In this document: piece by piece, positions 1 to 9,956 of the stretch | Layout: each line of letters begins with the position of its first letter | Numbering within the stretch: the stretch's first letter is position 1 | DNA from: Bacteroidota bacterium | GTDB taxonomy: Bacteria; Bacteroidota; Bacteroidia; J057; JADKCL01 | Assembly: GCA_031424495.1 (NCBI GenBank) | Contig: JANPHP010000485.1 | Span: forward strand, 1,248-65,247 | Reading direction: 5' to 3' | Length of the DNA stretch: 64,000 nucleotides | The notes under the pieces: model-generated | The model's input: the letters and a program-made list of their open reading frames with translations, nothing else | Told to the model about the DNA's origin: nothing | Databases searched by the model: none | Made by a program: the position numbers and the translations under genes

Positions 1-132
1 GATCAGGAGCCGATTTTGCAAATCGTTGGTCAGGTCATAGCCGATTGGCGCCCACACCTTCTTCAAGATTTCATAGCCTGTAATCTTAAAAATCTGACGG
101 CGGATGCGCGTTTTCAAACTTATGTTTCCCAT
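1..132 (-). CDS. hypothetical protein, N-terminal part only (gene runs off the left edge)
   Basis: An ATG at 132-130 on the minus strand opens a stop-free frame to position 1 (MGNISLKTRIRRQIFKITGYEILKKVWAPIGYDLTNDLQNRLLI). Only 44 codons are visible and no motif is recognised. Confidence 0.25.
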   Translation of the reverse strand, partial: MGNISLKTRIRRQIFKITGYEILKKVWAPIGYDLTNDLQNRLLI

Positions 133-291
133 ATCGACGTGGATTTCGGCTGTGGACAATAGCGCGAAATTCGCACTTAGCCGCCGCAAATGAAAACAAT
201 TCCTAAAAAGCTCTTGGGGCAGGTGCTATTTAAAGCTGTATTTCAGCAATAGCGTCAGTTTGAAAAACTGAGCAGCGTGCAGGATCTTGGA

Positions 292-465
292 TCAATGACA
301 TCCGCAACCGCTGCGCGCCTGAAAATTCAGGAACGAAATCGGGGCTTTGTAGGCCTTGTGTGCCATGCGTGGTGGCGCATTGTTGTGCACGCGATAGGGC
401 GAGCAAGCGCAAGAGATGGCAATCAAAATGGCCAGCGTGAAACTCAAAATGGGATGCTTTTTCAT
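292..465 (-). CDS. possible small lipoprotein (57 aa) with a C-terminal CGCH
   Basis: An internal ATG of the 292..564 ORF gives MKKHPILSFTLAILIAISCACS..., a lipobox-like signal (AISC), and the mature part ends SGCGCH. It is short and unsupported by homology. Confidence 0.3.
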   Translation of the reverse strand: MKKHPILSFTLAILIAISCACSPYRVHNNAPPRMAHKAYKAPISFLNFQARSGCGCH

Positions 466-700
466 CTTTTGGATCGGGTAAAGATACAATTCCTTGCCTA
501 CCGTCATTCCTTGCAATGTGTTCAAAAATACAAATCCAAGCTGGTAACCCATCCCAGAAAACAATCCGGCGTGGGTGGGAGTTTACTATGAAATGGCGCA
601 AGAAACCGCAGCCGCGTTTTCGACTGGCCAGCAAAATTTCTAATTTCGCGTGCCAAGGGTGATTCATTCATCCGCACACAACGTTTAAAATATCTACACA

Positions 701-1297
701 ATGGCTTTTACACTCCCCTCCCTCCCCTACGCTTATGATGCCTTGGAGCCGCATATCGATGCGCGCACCATGGAAATCCACCACACCAAGCATCACCAAG
801 CCTATACCAACAATCTCAATGCAGCCATCGAGGGCACCGACCTCGCCGGCAAAACCATTGAAGAAATCTTGGCAACGGCAATGAGCGGCACGCCCGCGAT
901 CCGCAACAATGGCGGCGGTTTTTGGAACCACAACCTCTTTTGGGAGATCATGGCCCCCAATGGCGGCGGCTTGCCCGAAGGCGAATTGGCAGCGGCGATC
1001 GACCGTGACTTCGGCAACTTTGGCGAATTCAAAGCCAAATTCAATGCTGCCGCAGCAACACGCTTTGGCTCGGGTTGGGCTTGGCTCATCAAGGGCGCCG
1101 ATGGCAAATTGAGCGTGACCAGCACCCCCAACCAAGACAATGCCTTGATGGAGCCCGGCACGGGCACGCCCATCCTCGGCCTCGACGTCTGGGAACATGC
1201 CTACTATCTCCACTACCAAAATCGCCGCCCAGACTACGTCGGCGCGTTTTGGAACGTGATCAATTGGGCCAAGGTGGCCGAGTTGTACAGCAAATAA
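701..1297 (+). CDS. sodA: superoxide dismutase, Fe/Mn family (Mn-type features)
   Basis: The whole 198 aa is colinear with Fe/Mn SODs: [26 protein letters not shown] and [20 protein letters not shown]. The GG..NH and NQD context resembles MnSOD. Confidence 0.95.
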   Translation: MAFTLPSLPYAYDALEPHIDARTMEIHHTKHHQAYTNNLNAAIEGTDLAGKTIEEILATAMSGTPAIRNNGGGFWNHNLFWEIMAPNGGGLPEGELAAAIDRDFGNFGEFKAKFNAAAATRFGSGWAWLIKGADGKLSVTSTPNQDNALMEPGTGTPILGLDVWEHAYYLHYQNRRPDYVGAFWNVINWAKVAELYSK

Positions 1298-1505
1298 TTC
1301 GCGCAGCGATGCTTTTGCAGTGATGAAATGGATCGGGGTGGGCATGCGTTCACCCCGATTTTTTGCGGTATGGATGCCATCGTGCACAGCCGACGCCCGC
1401 ATGCCGGTATGGAATCATGCGCTTGGAAGGCTGCTAGGCGACACAGGACCGAATAGATTTTGCATTCTGGAAAACAATAGCTTATTTAGAACCATTCTAA
1501 ATAAT

Positions 1506-2153
1506 ATGGGCAAGGAGGCGATCAAGATCGTAGTGGCGGATGGGCAGTACCTCACAAGGGCTGGCCTCAAATACCTATTGGCAGGACAGCCGCAACTCAA
1601 GGTCGTGGGCGAGGCCACCGATCGTGACGAGTTGCAACAGGTGGTCAAGGCTATGCTACCCCATCTCGTGATCATTGACCATCACAATACCGATCTATTT
1701 TCCTTAGCAGACGTCGCTTGGATCCGCAGCAAGTATCCCAAAATCAATGTATTGCTGGTGACAGACGATCATGCGCGCAGCCACATCTTCGAATTGCTGG
1801 ACTTGGGCGTAAATTGCATTCTCACCAAACACTGCGGCCCTGAGGAAATTGTAAGTGCTGTCTTGGCGACGCACAAATCGGAAAAGTTCTTTTGCAACAA
1901 AGTCCTCGAAATCATCCTGGAAAAGGAAAATGATGTGGACATCAGTTGCCGCCCCAGCAACCTGAGTACGCGTGAAGCTGAGATCGTGATGCTCATCGCC
2001 AAGGGTGTGACCACCAAAGAGATTGCGGATCAGCTCTGCCTGAGCACGCATACCGTCTACACCCACCGCAAAAACATCATGAAGAAACTCTCGATCAATT
2101 CTGTCTCTGAAATGATCTTGTTTGCGATGCACGCTGGGATCGTGAAGCCCTGA
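1506..2153 (+). CDS. NarL/LuxR-type response regulator (receiver + HTH)
   Basis: The ATG at 1506 gives MGKEAIKIVVADG..., a receiver domain (VIIDHH, LLVTDD, LTKH). The C-terminal LuxR HTH reads LSTREAEIVMLIAKGVTTKEIADQLCLSTHTVYTHRKNIMKKL. The upstream part of the 1320 ORF looks non-coding. Confidence 0.85.
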   Translation: MGKEAIKIVVADGQYLTRAGLKYLLAGQPQLKVVGEATDRDELQQVVKAMLPHLVIIDHHNTDLFSLADVAWIRSKYPKINVLLVTDDHARSHIFELLDLGVNCILTKHCGPEEIVSAVLATHKSEKFFCNKVLEIILEKENDVDISCRPSNLSTREAEIVMLIAKGVTTKEIADQLCLSTHTVYTHRKNIMKKLSINSVSEMILFAMHAGIVKP

Positions 2154-2285
2154 CTACCCAATTTTAGGTAGCAACTTTCTTCAAAAATTGCCCATCATAC
2201 GGTATTGCCTCGGCGTTTCGCACCCATTAGCTTTGCCTCAATTTAGAATGAATCTAAATAAGGACTTAAAGAAATGGATTTACCG

Positions 2286-3347
2286 ATGAAAAAATACCTA
2301 TTCCCCGCATTCTGTCTCATGCTCCTCTGGTCTAGCTGCCGCAACGAGGACGACGACTATAAAGTACCGACGACTTACGATTTTGAAAACGTGAGTTATG
2401 ATGGGCAAATCACACGCCAAAACATGGTTGCCGAGATGACCTCTTATATGGAAACTGGGCGCAACTCCGGAACCGTGATCAATGGTCAGCACCTGAAAGA
2501 TATGTTTGCAAACCAAAACAACCCTTTTACATTCACCAGCACCAAGCAACTCAAAGACAAGTGTTTTCTTGCAGACCAGAACACCTTGGAGAGCTGGATG
2601 GATAGCCTTGCAGCTGCAAGCGCTTCCACGCAGCCCGCAGCCGCAGGCCAAGCCGGTATCGCAACGAGCCTAGATGGCAATGATCGCTACTTGCTGTCTG
2701 CTGGGGGATTTGATTACACAGAAATGATCGAAAAGGGTCTGATGGGCGCTGTGTTTTACTACCAAGCCGTCGGCAACTACCTCACGGCTGCCGAGATCGG
2801 CGATGGGGTAGACAATGAGACCGTGACGCCTGGCGAGGGTACGACCATGCAACACCATTGGGACGAGGCTTTTGGCTACCTGGGCGTGCCCAAAAACTTC
2901 CCTACCAATACGACAGATGCCCGCTTTTGGGGCGAGGCGACGCAGGAGCGTGACGCCCTGCTTGGCTGCAGCAAGATTTTGATGGATGCTTTCCTCCTCG
3001 GCCGCGCGGCCATCAACAACGACGACCACGATACCAAAGATGCCCAAGCACTCAAAATCAGCAATGAATGGGAGCGTGTGATCGCCGCCACGAGCATCCA
3101 TGAATTGAACGAAGCCAAGACTCACCTGAGCGACGACGCATTGCGCAACCATGAAATATCGGAAGCGATGGGCTACATGCGTGGCCTGCGTTGCAGCCCG
3201 CTCAAAAAAATCACCGATAGCCAACTGCAATCCTTGCTGGATAGCTTTGGAAATGACCTCTACAGCATAACTTTGCCCACGATTGATGCGGCACGCAATA
3301 CGCTCGCCGGCATCTATGGATTGGACGCCGTCAAAGACCAACTCTGA
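2286..3347 (+). CDS. lipoprotein, DUF4856-like (family call from memory)
   Basis: MKKYLFPAFCLMLLWSSC is a lipoprotein signal, followed by YDFENVSYDGQITRQNMVAEM. It is the first gene of an operon with imelysin, HTTM and TonB-receptor genes. Confidence 0.6.
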   Translation: MKKYLFPAFCLMLLWSSCRNEDDDYKVPTTYDFENVSYDGQITRQNMVAEMTSYMETGRNSGTVINGQHLKDMFANQNNPFTFTSTKQLKDKCFLADQNTLESWMDSLAAASASTQPAAAGQAGIATSLDGNDRYLLSAGGFDYTEMIEKGLMGAVFYYQAVGNYLTAAEIGDGVDNETVTPGEGTTMQHHWDEAFGYLGVPKNFPTNTTDARFWGEATQERDALLGCSKILMDAFLLGRAAINNDDHDTKDAQALKISNEWERVIAATSIHELNEAKTHLSDDALRNHEISEAMGYMRGLRCSPLKKITDSQLQSLLDSFGNDLYSITLPTIDAARNTLAGIYGLDAVKDQL

Positions 3348-4459
3348 TGAAAAAATTAACCCAGTTTTGTTTACCGCTCATGGCCGCCCTGATGGTGATG
3401 GCGGGTATTGGTTGCAATGACCGCAAGAATGAACCGCTGGAATATGACCGTAGTGCGCTGGTCACCAACGTGAGCGATGGCATCATCGTGCCCGCTTATG
3501 CCGATCTTTTGGCCAAATTGGACAGCTTAAAAGCCCACCAGGCGATTTTCAGGGCCGAACCTTTTGTGCATCGGTTGAACCAATTGCAGTTTGCATATAT
3601 GGACGCTTGGATCAGTTGGAAGCAATGCTCAGCCTTCGAGTTTGGGCCAGCGGCAAGCGTTTCTTTGCGCAGCGCGTTGAATACATTTCCCACCGATACC
3701 ACGCAGATCAAGCTCAATGTGAATGCTGGCAGCTGGGACCTGAACCTTGCTAGCAATACCGATGCACGCGGCTTTCCAGCGATGGATTTTATGCTCTATG
3801 GCCTTGGAAATGACAACTATGACATCTTGGCCAGGTATATCGCCCCGGCAGACTCTGCGCACCTGCAAGCCTACCTCGGCGCGCTTGTGGCCGACATGCA
3901 CGGCCTCGTCGCGGGCGTGCACAACCAATGGACGTCGAGTTATGGGCAGACCTTCAAAGCAAGCTTGGGCACAGACGTGGGCAGTAGCACGAGTCTGTTG
4001 GTGAATGAGTTGAACCGCGATCTCGAGATCGTGAAGACTGCGAGCATCGGCATTCCGCTCGGCAAGCAGACTTTTGATACGCCGCTGCCCGACAAGGTCG
4101 AGGCTCCTTATTCCAACAGTTCGGTGAATCTCGCGGTCGTCGAACTCTTTGGGTTAGAGCGCCTGTATTTGGGCCACAATCGCACGGGCGTGGATGGTTA
4201 TGGGATGGCCTATGCCCTCGACGCTTTGGACGCGCGCTACAACGGAGGCCCCTTGTCGCAGGCCATCGCCAATCAGTTTGTTGTCGCTGAGGACGCGGTC
4301 ACTGTCATTCCAGAGCCGCTGAGTGCGGCTGTGGTGAGCGATCGCTTACTTGTGGAAACTGCCTACAATGAGATTCAGAAACTGGTGATCCTCCTCAAAA
4401 CCGACATGGCCTCCGCCTTGAGCATTTTGATCACCTATACCGATGCCGACGGCGACTGA
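3347..4459 (+). CDS. imelysin-family (peptidase M75-like / EfeO-IrpA-like) lipoprotein
   Basis: The lipoprotein signal is MVMAGIGCND. Its length of about 370 aa and segments such as ARGFPAMDFMLYGLG resemble imelysin-like proteins. The TGATG stop-start overlap at 3345-3349 joins it to the upstream gene. Confidence 0.65.
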   Translation: MKKLTQFCLPLMAALMVMAGIGCNDRKNEPLEYDRSALVTNVSDGIIVPAYADLLAKLDSLKAHQAIFRAEPFVHRLNQLQFAYMDAWISWKQCSAFEFGPAASVSLRSALNTFPTDTTQIKLNVNAGSWDLNLASNTDARGFPAMDFMLYGLGNDNYDILARYIAPADSAHLQAYLGALVADMHGLVAGVHNQWTSSYGQTFKASLGTDVGSSTSLLVNELNRDLEIVKTASIGIPLGKQTFDTPLPDKVEAPYSNSSVNLAVVELFGLERLYLGHNRTGVDGYGMAYALDALDARYNGGPLSQAIANQFVVAEDAVTVIPEPLSAAVVSDRLLVETAYNEIQKLVILLKTDMASALSILITYTDADGD

Positions 4460-4465
4460 CCTGCC

Positions 4466-5848
4466 ATGCAACGCTTGCGCACCTACCTTTCCGAGCCGAT
4501 TTCGATCGCGCCGCTGACGAGTTTCAGGGTGCTGTTTGGCGGCGTCATGCTGGTGAGTGTGCTGCGGTTTTTGTGGAATGGCTGGGTGCATGATTTGTAT
4601 GTAAAACCCACGTTCTTCTTCAAATACTATGGTTTTGAATGGGTGCAGCCTGTGGGCGAAGTCGGCATGTATGCTCTCTTTGGAGTGATGGCCTTGGCTG
4701 CATTGGGTATCGCTTTGGGTTTATTTTACAGGATTGCAGCGGTCACATTTTTCCTCACGTGGACCTACGTCGAGCTGCTCGACGTGACCAATTATTTGAA
4801 CCATTATTACTTCGTCTCCATCGCGGCCTTTTTGCTGATTTGGGTGCCGGCGCACCGCGCATTTGCGGTGGATGCATGGCGTCGGCCTGAAATGGCTCTG
4901 CGGCAGGTGCCGCGCTGGGTCGTGGGTATATTCAGGCTTCAGATGGGCATGGTCTATGTTTTTGCAGGCATCGCCAAGGTGAATACCGATTGGTTGTTGC
5001 GGGCGATGCCGCTCAAGATTTGGTTGGCTTCACGCTCGCACTATCCGCTGATTGGTTGGTTGTTCAAAACGTCGTGGGGTGCGATGGCTTTCAGTTGGAT
5101 GGGTTGCCTGTATGACCTTTGCGTGCCGTTTTTGCTGCTGATGCGACGCACCCGGCCCTTTGCTTTTGGCGCAGTGATCGGGTTTCATTTGCTCACTTGG
5201 TGGCTGTTTCCGATCGGCATGTTTCCCTTCATCATGATCTTGGGGACGCTGATCTATTTGCCTGGGGAATGGCACGAAAAATGGCAGGCACGCATCTTGC
5301 GTTGGTTGCCGTTAAGGCCCGCGAATCTAAGCGGCCTACCTATTGCAAAAATATGGAAACCAAGATACGCGAATGCGTTTCTTCTATTTTTCTGCCTGCA
5401 TTTTACCATCCAACTGTTTTTGCCATTCCGGTATTTGCTGTATCCTGAGAATCTTTTCTGGCATGAGCAAGGCTACCGATTCAGTTGGCGGGTAATGCTC
5501 ATGGAGAAGGCCGGCTATGCCACGTTTCATGTGCGCGACCCGCAGACAGGTCGCTCGACCGAGGTGCAAAACCAAGACTACTTGCAACCCAATCAGGAAC
5601 GCATGATGTCAACGCAACCCGATCTCATTCTCCAATTCGCGCATTTCCTGGATGCTGAATATCAGCGCAAGGGCATTCAAAATCCCGAAGTCTATGCCGA
5701 CGTCTTCGCCACGCTCAACGGCAGCGGTTCGCGGCCTTTCATCGATCCCAAGGTCGATTTGAGTATGGTGGAGGATGGATTTGGGACTAAACAATTTATC
5801 CTGCCTTTTGAGCAGAATTTGCCAACATACTCACTGGAAACCCGATGA
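4466..5848 (+). CDS. HTTM domain membrane protein (vitamin K-dependent gamma-carboxylase-like)
   Basis: Polytopic membrane protein. The N-terminus SIAPLTSFRVLFGGVMLVSVLRFLWNGWVHDLYVKPTFFFKYYGFEWV matches the HTTM-domain pattern as I recall it. Confidence 0.75.
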   Translation: MQRLRTYLSEPISIAPLTSFRVLFGGVMLVSVLRFLWNGWVHDLYVKPTFFFKYYGFEWVQPVGEVGMYALFGVMALAALGIALGLFYRIAAVTFFLTWTYVELLDVTNYLNHYYFVSIAAFLLIWVPAHRAFAVDAWRRPEMALRQVPRWVVGIFRLQMGMVYVFAGIAKVNTDWLLRAMPLKIWLASRSHYPLIGWLFKTSWGAMAFSWMGCLYDLCVPFLLLMRRTRPFAFGAVIGFHLLTWWLFPIGMFPFIMILGTLIYLPGEWHEKWQARILRWLPLRPANLSGLPIAKIWKPRYANAFLLFFCLHFTIQLFLPFRYLLYPENLFWHEQGYRFSWRVMLMEKAGYATFHVRDPQTGRSTEVQNQDYLQPNQERMMSTQPDLILQFAHFLDAEYQRKGIQNPEVYADVFATLNGSGSRPFIDPKVDLSMVEDGFGTKQFILPFEQNLPTYSLETR

Positions 5849-8286
5849 AAGTTTTGCGTTTCCTTTTTGTTGCAATTGTTTTCTTACTATTCATGTCTTC
5901 GGTGGAAGCGCAGTCGATTCGCGGCCAAATATCCCTTGTTCGTGACGGTCATCATGAAAGCTACCGCATGGAGGAAGACTCTATCCATGTGGTTTTGCTG
6001 CCCAGCGGCGAGAAAACGATTACCGACTCGGCGGGCTATTACCGTTTCGGCCCCTTGAAACCTGGGAAATATAAGGTCGTGGTCGTCCTTGCTGAGGGGG
6101 TATATACCCGTGAGAAGGAGGTGACCCTGCTGAACCAAGATGTCACCGTCGATTTTGAGCTTACGGTCTCCGAGTATCAAATATCGCAAGTAGAACTCAC
6201 CGACCAAGCCAATAGCGTGAATTGGATGCGCTCGGTCGAGGGAACGGGCATCTACGCTGCCCGCAAATGCGAGCTGATCAACATCGACCAAGTGACAGGC
6301 AATCTCGCGACCAACAATGCCCGCCAAGTCTTCAACCGCGTCGCAGGCCTCAACATCTGGGAAAACGACGGCGGGGGCCTGCAACTCGGCATCGGTGGTC
6401 GGGGCCTGAGCCCCAACCGCAGCAGCAATTTCAACACGCGCCAAAACGGCTATGACATAGCCGCCGACGCGCTCGGCTATCCCGAGAGCTACTATTCGCC
6501 GCCGATCGAGGCGCTACGGCGCATCGAGGTTGTGCGCGGTGCCGCGAGCCTGCAATACGGCACCCAATTTGGCGGCATGGTCAATTTTCAATTCAAAGAA
6601 GGCCCTGAGGACAAAAAAATCCAGCTCACTTCGCGGCAGACAGGCGGCAGCTTTGGCTTTTTCAGCAGCTTCAATAGTATCGGTGGGCAGGTCGCCAAAG
6701 GCAAGCTCAATTACTATGCCTTCTACCAAGGCAAGCGCGGCAATGGATGGCGCGCCAACAGTGGTTTCCAACAGCATACAGCCTACGGCGGGCTGCGTTG
6801 GCAACTGAGCCCAGCGGTCAAGATTGGTGCGGAGTACACCTATATGCATTACCTCGCGCAGCAGGCGGGCGGGCTCACAGACGCGATGTTTGCACGCGAC
6901 CCGCGCCAAAGCATTCGCGATCGCAATTGGTTCCAAGTCGATTGGAACCTCGCTGCCGTGACTGCCGACATTCGTCTTTCAGCCTCTACCAAGCTCAATA
7001 TCAGAAACTTTGGCTTGTATGCACGCCGTGATGCGCTGGGCTTTTTGGGAGCGATCAATCGCATCGATCCGGGCGGAAACCGAGATTTGATTTCGGGTTC
7101 CTTCCAAAATTTTGGGAATGAGACCCGGCTCATGCACAAGTATGACATCCGCCATCGCCCTGCGGCCTTGCTAATTGGTGCCCGCTACTACCAAGGTTAC
7201 ACAACCGCGCAACAAGGCGCTGCCAATGCAGGCAGTGGAGCAAATTTCCAATTGCTGCACCCTGAGCAGCCCGAAGGCAGCGACTACGCCTTCCCTAGCC
7301 GCAACATCGCCGCATTTGCCGAGCAAGTTTTCAACCTGAGCAGCAAGTGGACACTCGTTCCCGGCATCCGTTACGAATTCATCCGCACCTCGTCGGTCGG
7401 TAGCTACCAAGTGCGCAACACCGACCTCGCCGGCAACGTGATCTTTGAGGCCACCGTCGCCGACAACCGCAGCCGCGACCGCAATGTCCTGCTTGCAGGC
7501 CTCGGCTCGGCATTCAAACCCAACGATCGCTTGGAGCTCTACGGCAATATTTCCCGCAACTACCGCGCGATCACATTCAACGACATGCGCGTCGCCAATC
7601 CCAATTTCCAGATCGACCCCAATCTCAAAGACGAAAAAGGCTTCAATGCAGACCTCGGTTTCAGGGGCAGTGCGGGCAAATGGTTCACCTTTGATGCCAG
7701 TGTGTTTTACCTCTATTATCAAGACCGCATCGGGCAGGTTTTGAAGACCGATACTGCGACCTTTCGCTATTACCGCTACCGCACCAATGTATCAGACAGC
7801 CGCAATGTGGGCCTAGAATGGTATGCAGAGGCCGATTTTATGCGGATGGGAGCCGCCAATCACAACAACTCGCGCTTGGCACTCTTCACGAACTTTGCTT
7901 GGATCGACGCGCGCTACATGGGCAGTCAGGAGCCTGCCTTTCGCGGCAAATTTGTGGAGCTCGTGCCTAAGATGAATCTCAAAGTCGGTATCGATTTTCG
8001 GCACAAAAACCTCCGCGCCAATGCACAATGGTCATTTGTGACCCAGCAATACAGCGACGCGACCAATGCCGAGACGTCGCCATCCGCAGTCGAGGGGCTC
8101 ATTCCGGCCTACAACATTTTGGACTTCTCGGCGGGCTATACTTGGAAAATGTTAAGTCTGGAGGCGAGCTGCAACAATGCACTCGACCAAATGTACTTTA
8201 CCCGGCGGGCAGCGGCCTACCCGGGCCCTGGGATCATCCCTAGCGATGGTCGCAGCTTTTTTGTGACCTTGCAGGTGAAGATTTGA
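5845..8286 (+). CDS. TonB-dependent receptor with N-terminal carboxypeptidase-regulatory-like domain
   Basis: Signal peptide, then a GKYKVVVV-type beta-sandwich, a plug region (GTGIYAARKCELINIDQVTGNLATNNARQVFNRVAGLNIWE, RIEVVRGAASLQYG) and a long beta-barrel. An ATGA overlap joins it to the HTTM gene. Confidence 0.85.
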   Translation: MKVLRFLFVAIVFLLFMSSVEAQSIRGQISLVRDGHHESYRMEEDSIHVVLLPSGEKTITDSAGYYRFGPLKPGKYKVVVVLAEGVYTREKEVTLLNQDVTVDFELTVSEYQISQVELTDQANSVNWMRSVEGTGIYAARKCELINIDQVTGNLATNNARQVFNRVAGLNIWENDGGGLQLGIGGRGLSPNRSSNFNTRQNGYDIAADALGYPESYYSPPIEALRRIEVVRGAASLQYGTQFGGMVNFQFKEGPEDKKIQLTSRQTGGSFGFFSSFNSIGGQVAKGKLNYYAFYQGKRGNGWRANSGFQQHTAYGGLRWQLSPAVKIGAEYTYMHYLAQQAGGLTDAMFARDPRQSIRDRNWFQVDWNLAAVTADIRLSASTKLNIRNFGLYARRDALGFLGAINRIDPGGNRDLISGSFQNFGNETRLMHKYDIRHRPAALLIGARYYQGYTTAQQGAANAGSGANFQLLHPEQPEGSDYAFPSRNIAAFAEQVFNLSSKWTLVPGIRYEFIRTSSVGSYQVRNTDLAGNVIFEATVADNRSRDRNVLLAGLGSAFKPNDRLELYGNISRNYRAITFNDMRVANPNFQIDPNLKDEKGFNADLGFRGSAGKWFTFDASVFYLYYQDRIGQVLKTDTATFRYYRYRTNVSDSRNVGLEWYAEADFMRMGAANHNNSRLALFTNFAWIDARYMGSQEPAFRGKFVELVPKMNLKVGIDFRHKNLRANAQWSFVTQQYSDATNAETSPSAVEGLIPAYNILDFSAGYTWKMLSLEASCNNALDQMYFTRRAAAYPGPGIIPSDGRSFFVTLQVKI

Positions 8287-8300
8287 GTGGAAGGTGCGGC

Positions 8301-9215
8301 CTATTTCTTCCCAAACAACCAATTCTTGGGCTTCAAACCGTCGAGCCAACCGGGCTTGGACCTGCGGCCACGGGAGGGAGTGCCGATCTCAAAGGGTAGC
8401 ACGGCAATGAGTTGCTCCATGAAGACGATTTCCAGGGTATACTCTCCGTCATACCATGTGCCTGCGGTGGAGCTGCCCCAGCCACCACAAATGTCGCCAG
8501 TCACCATGCTGGGCGCAAGCAGTGCAAGCTGATCATTGCGGCCTTTCAATTCGCGCGAACTGGTGTAAAACATGAAGCTCATCTCGCAAACCCATTCCTG
8601 CTGCCGCTGTAGGTTCTTGATCATGCATTCTGCCCAGAGATAACGTGTGGTGTCCCTTTGAAAACTGCTCGTATAGTTGCGATCCTCCAGACGATGCGGT
8701 AAATCTGATGGCCCCTCAAACAGCTTGACGGAGACAATGTCAAAATAGGGGTTGTGGTCGTGCGTGACGGTCCCTTCGCTTTGGACTCCAAAAGCCTGCT
8801 CTCCAACTGCTACGTCATCGATCCAAGCCACCCAGGCATAGGTGCCTACTGTCCAATAGGCGCCGGGGTTTGCATTGCCCCATCCATGATGCGCATAAAT
8901 GATGGGCTGATCCTTCGAGACTTTGACAATGACCTCTTGGCTTGCGAGCTCTTTCAGGTGTTGACCCTCCGCATTGAGGGGATGACATTTGAAAATGACC
9001 TTCAATTCCCAGTCTTCGAGATCGAAACGCTTGTTGTAGAGACTCAACTCGGCATACACATAGGAAAGCTTGCTGGCGTCAAACACCTTTCGGTATCTTT
9101 TCTTACCGTCTGCCAGAAACTCCGGCGATGCATAAGACAACAAATCCCGAAACTTGAAGTCCGTAAAACTGCTCGTGTTTTCAGTTGCCATTGGAAGCGT
9201 CGCAAAAAGCGTCAT
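8301..9215 (-). CDS. hypothetical cytoplasmic protein built from two homologous ~130-aa repeats
   Basis: No signal peptide. Repeat 1 (RKVFDASKLSYVYAELSLYN...HHGWGNANPGAYWTVGTYAWVAWIDDVAVGEQAFGV) parallels repeat 2 (SSFQRDTTRYLWAECMIKN...GGWGSSTAGTWYDGEYTLEIVFMEQLIAVLPFEI). Confidence 0.6.
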   Translation of the reverse strand: MTLFATLPMATENTSSFTDFKFRDLLSYASPEFLADGKKRYRKVFDASKLSYVYAELSLYNKRFDLEDWELKVIFKCHPLNAEGQHLKELASQEVIVKVSKDQPIIYAHHGWGNANPGAYWTVGTYAWVAWIDDVAVGEQAFGVQSEGTVTHDHNPYFDIVSVKLFEGPSDLPHRLEDRNYTSSFQRDTTRYLWAECMIKNLQRQQEWVCEMSFMFYTSSRELKGRNDQLALLAPSMVTGDICGGWGSSTAGTWYDGEYTLEIVFMEQLIAVLPFEIGTPSRGRRSKPGWLDGLKPKNWLFGKK

Positions 9216-9418
9216 TAAAATCTGTCACCAAGATATGAAACCACAGCTTGCCACCCTAGATGATCTACGCTACCGATTGAAGCTTTGGAAATTTCTTTCG
9301 CAGCAAAAAGCCGCTCCATTGCCCAAAACAGAGCTAAATTTACAGAACAGAAAAAAAATATTCGGCCCACGCACCAAAAAGCACCTGCTCGACATCTATC
9401 AGGTCAAAAGGCAGAAAA

Positions 9419-9955
9419 TTGCAAGAGGAAACACTCATAGCGGGATGCAAGCAGCAAGATAGAATGGCTCAAAAAGCCCTCTACGAGCGCTTTGCTTCCA
9501 AAATGCTGGGCGTCTGCCGCCGCTACATGAGCGTGCAGGCCGATGCTGAGGACGCCTTGCTCAATGGATTTTACAAGGCCCTGAGCCAAATCGACAGCTA
9601 TGAGGGCAAGGGCAGTTTTGAAGGTTGGCTGCGCAAGATCATGGTGAATGAATGCCTGATGGCCTTGCGCAAGCGGCTGCGCTTTCCTGAAGGCAGGGAA
9701 TTGAGCGATGTGCAACTGCGCACCTCTGACGATCCCGTGTCGATCCTGGCAGCGAGCGATCTCATGGCACTTATGGCGACGCTGCCCGAGGGCTACCGCA
9801 CGGTGCTGAACCTGCACGCGATCGAGGGCTATAAGCACCACGAAATCGCCGACATGCTGGGCATCAGCATCAACACTAGCAAGAGCCAACTGCTGCTTGC
9901 GAAGCAAAAACTGAAAACGATGGTGGGGCAACACATTTATCCGGAGGCGAGCTAA
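9419..9955 (+). CDS. RNA polymerase ECF-type sigma-70 factor
   Basis: The TTG start gives (M)QEETLIAGCKQQDRMAQKALYERF. Region 2 reads EDALLNGFYKAL, and region 4 is an HTH (YRTVLNLHAIEGYKHHEIADMLGISINTSKSQLLLAKQKL). Confidence 0.9.
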   Translation: MQEETLIAGCKQQDRMAQKALYERFASKMLGVCRRYMSVQADAEDALLNGFYKALSQIDSYEGKGSFEGWLRKIMVNECLMALRKRLRFPEGRELSDVQLRTSDDPVSILAASDLMALMATLPEGYRTVLNLHAIEGYKHHEIADMLGISINTSKSQLLLAKQKLKTMVGQHIYPEAS

Positions 9956-9956
9956 G

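Noticed and set aside
668-1402. 244-aa minus-strand ORF
   Set aside because: It is antisense to the unambiguous superoxide dismutase gene.
2241-2259. Perfect 7-5-7 inverted repeat ATTTAGA-ATGAA-TCTAAAT about 27 nt upstream of the imelysin/HTTM operon, considered as a Fur-type operator
   Set aside because: A 7-bp inverted repeat at a fixed spacing is expected several times by chance in 64 kb, and the match to the Fur-box consensus is weak. It is worth testing only if iron regulation of the operon is shown.
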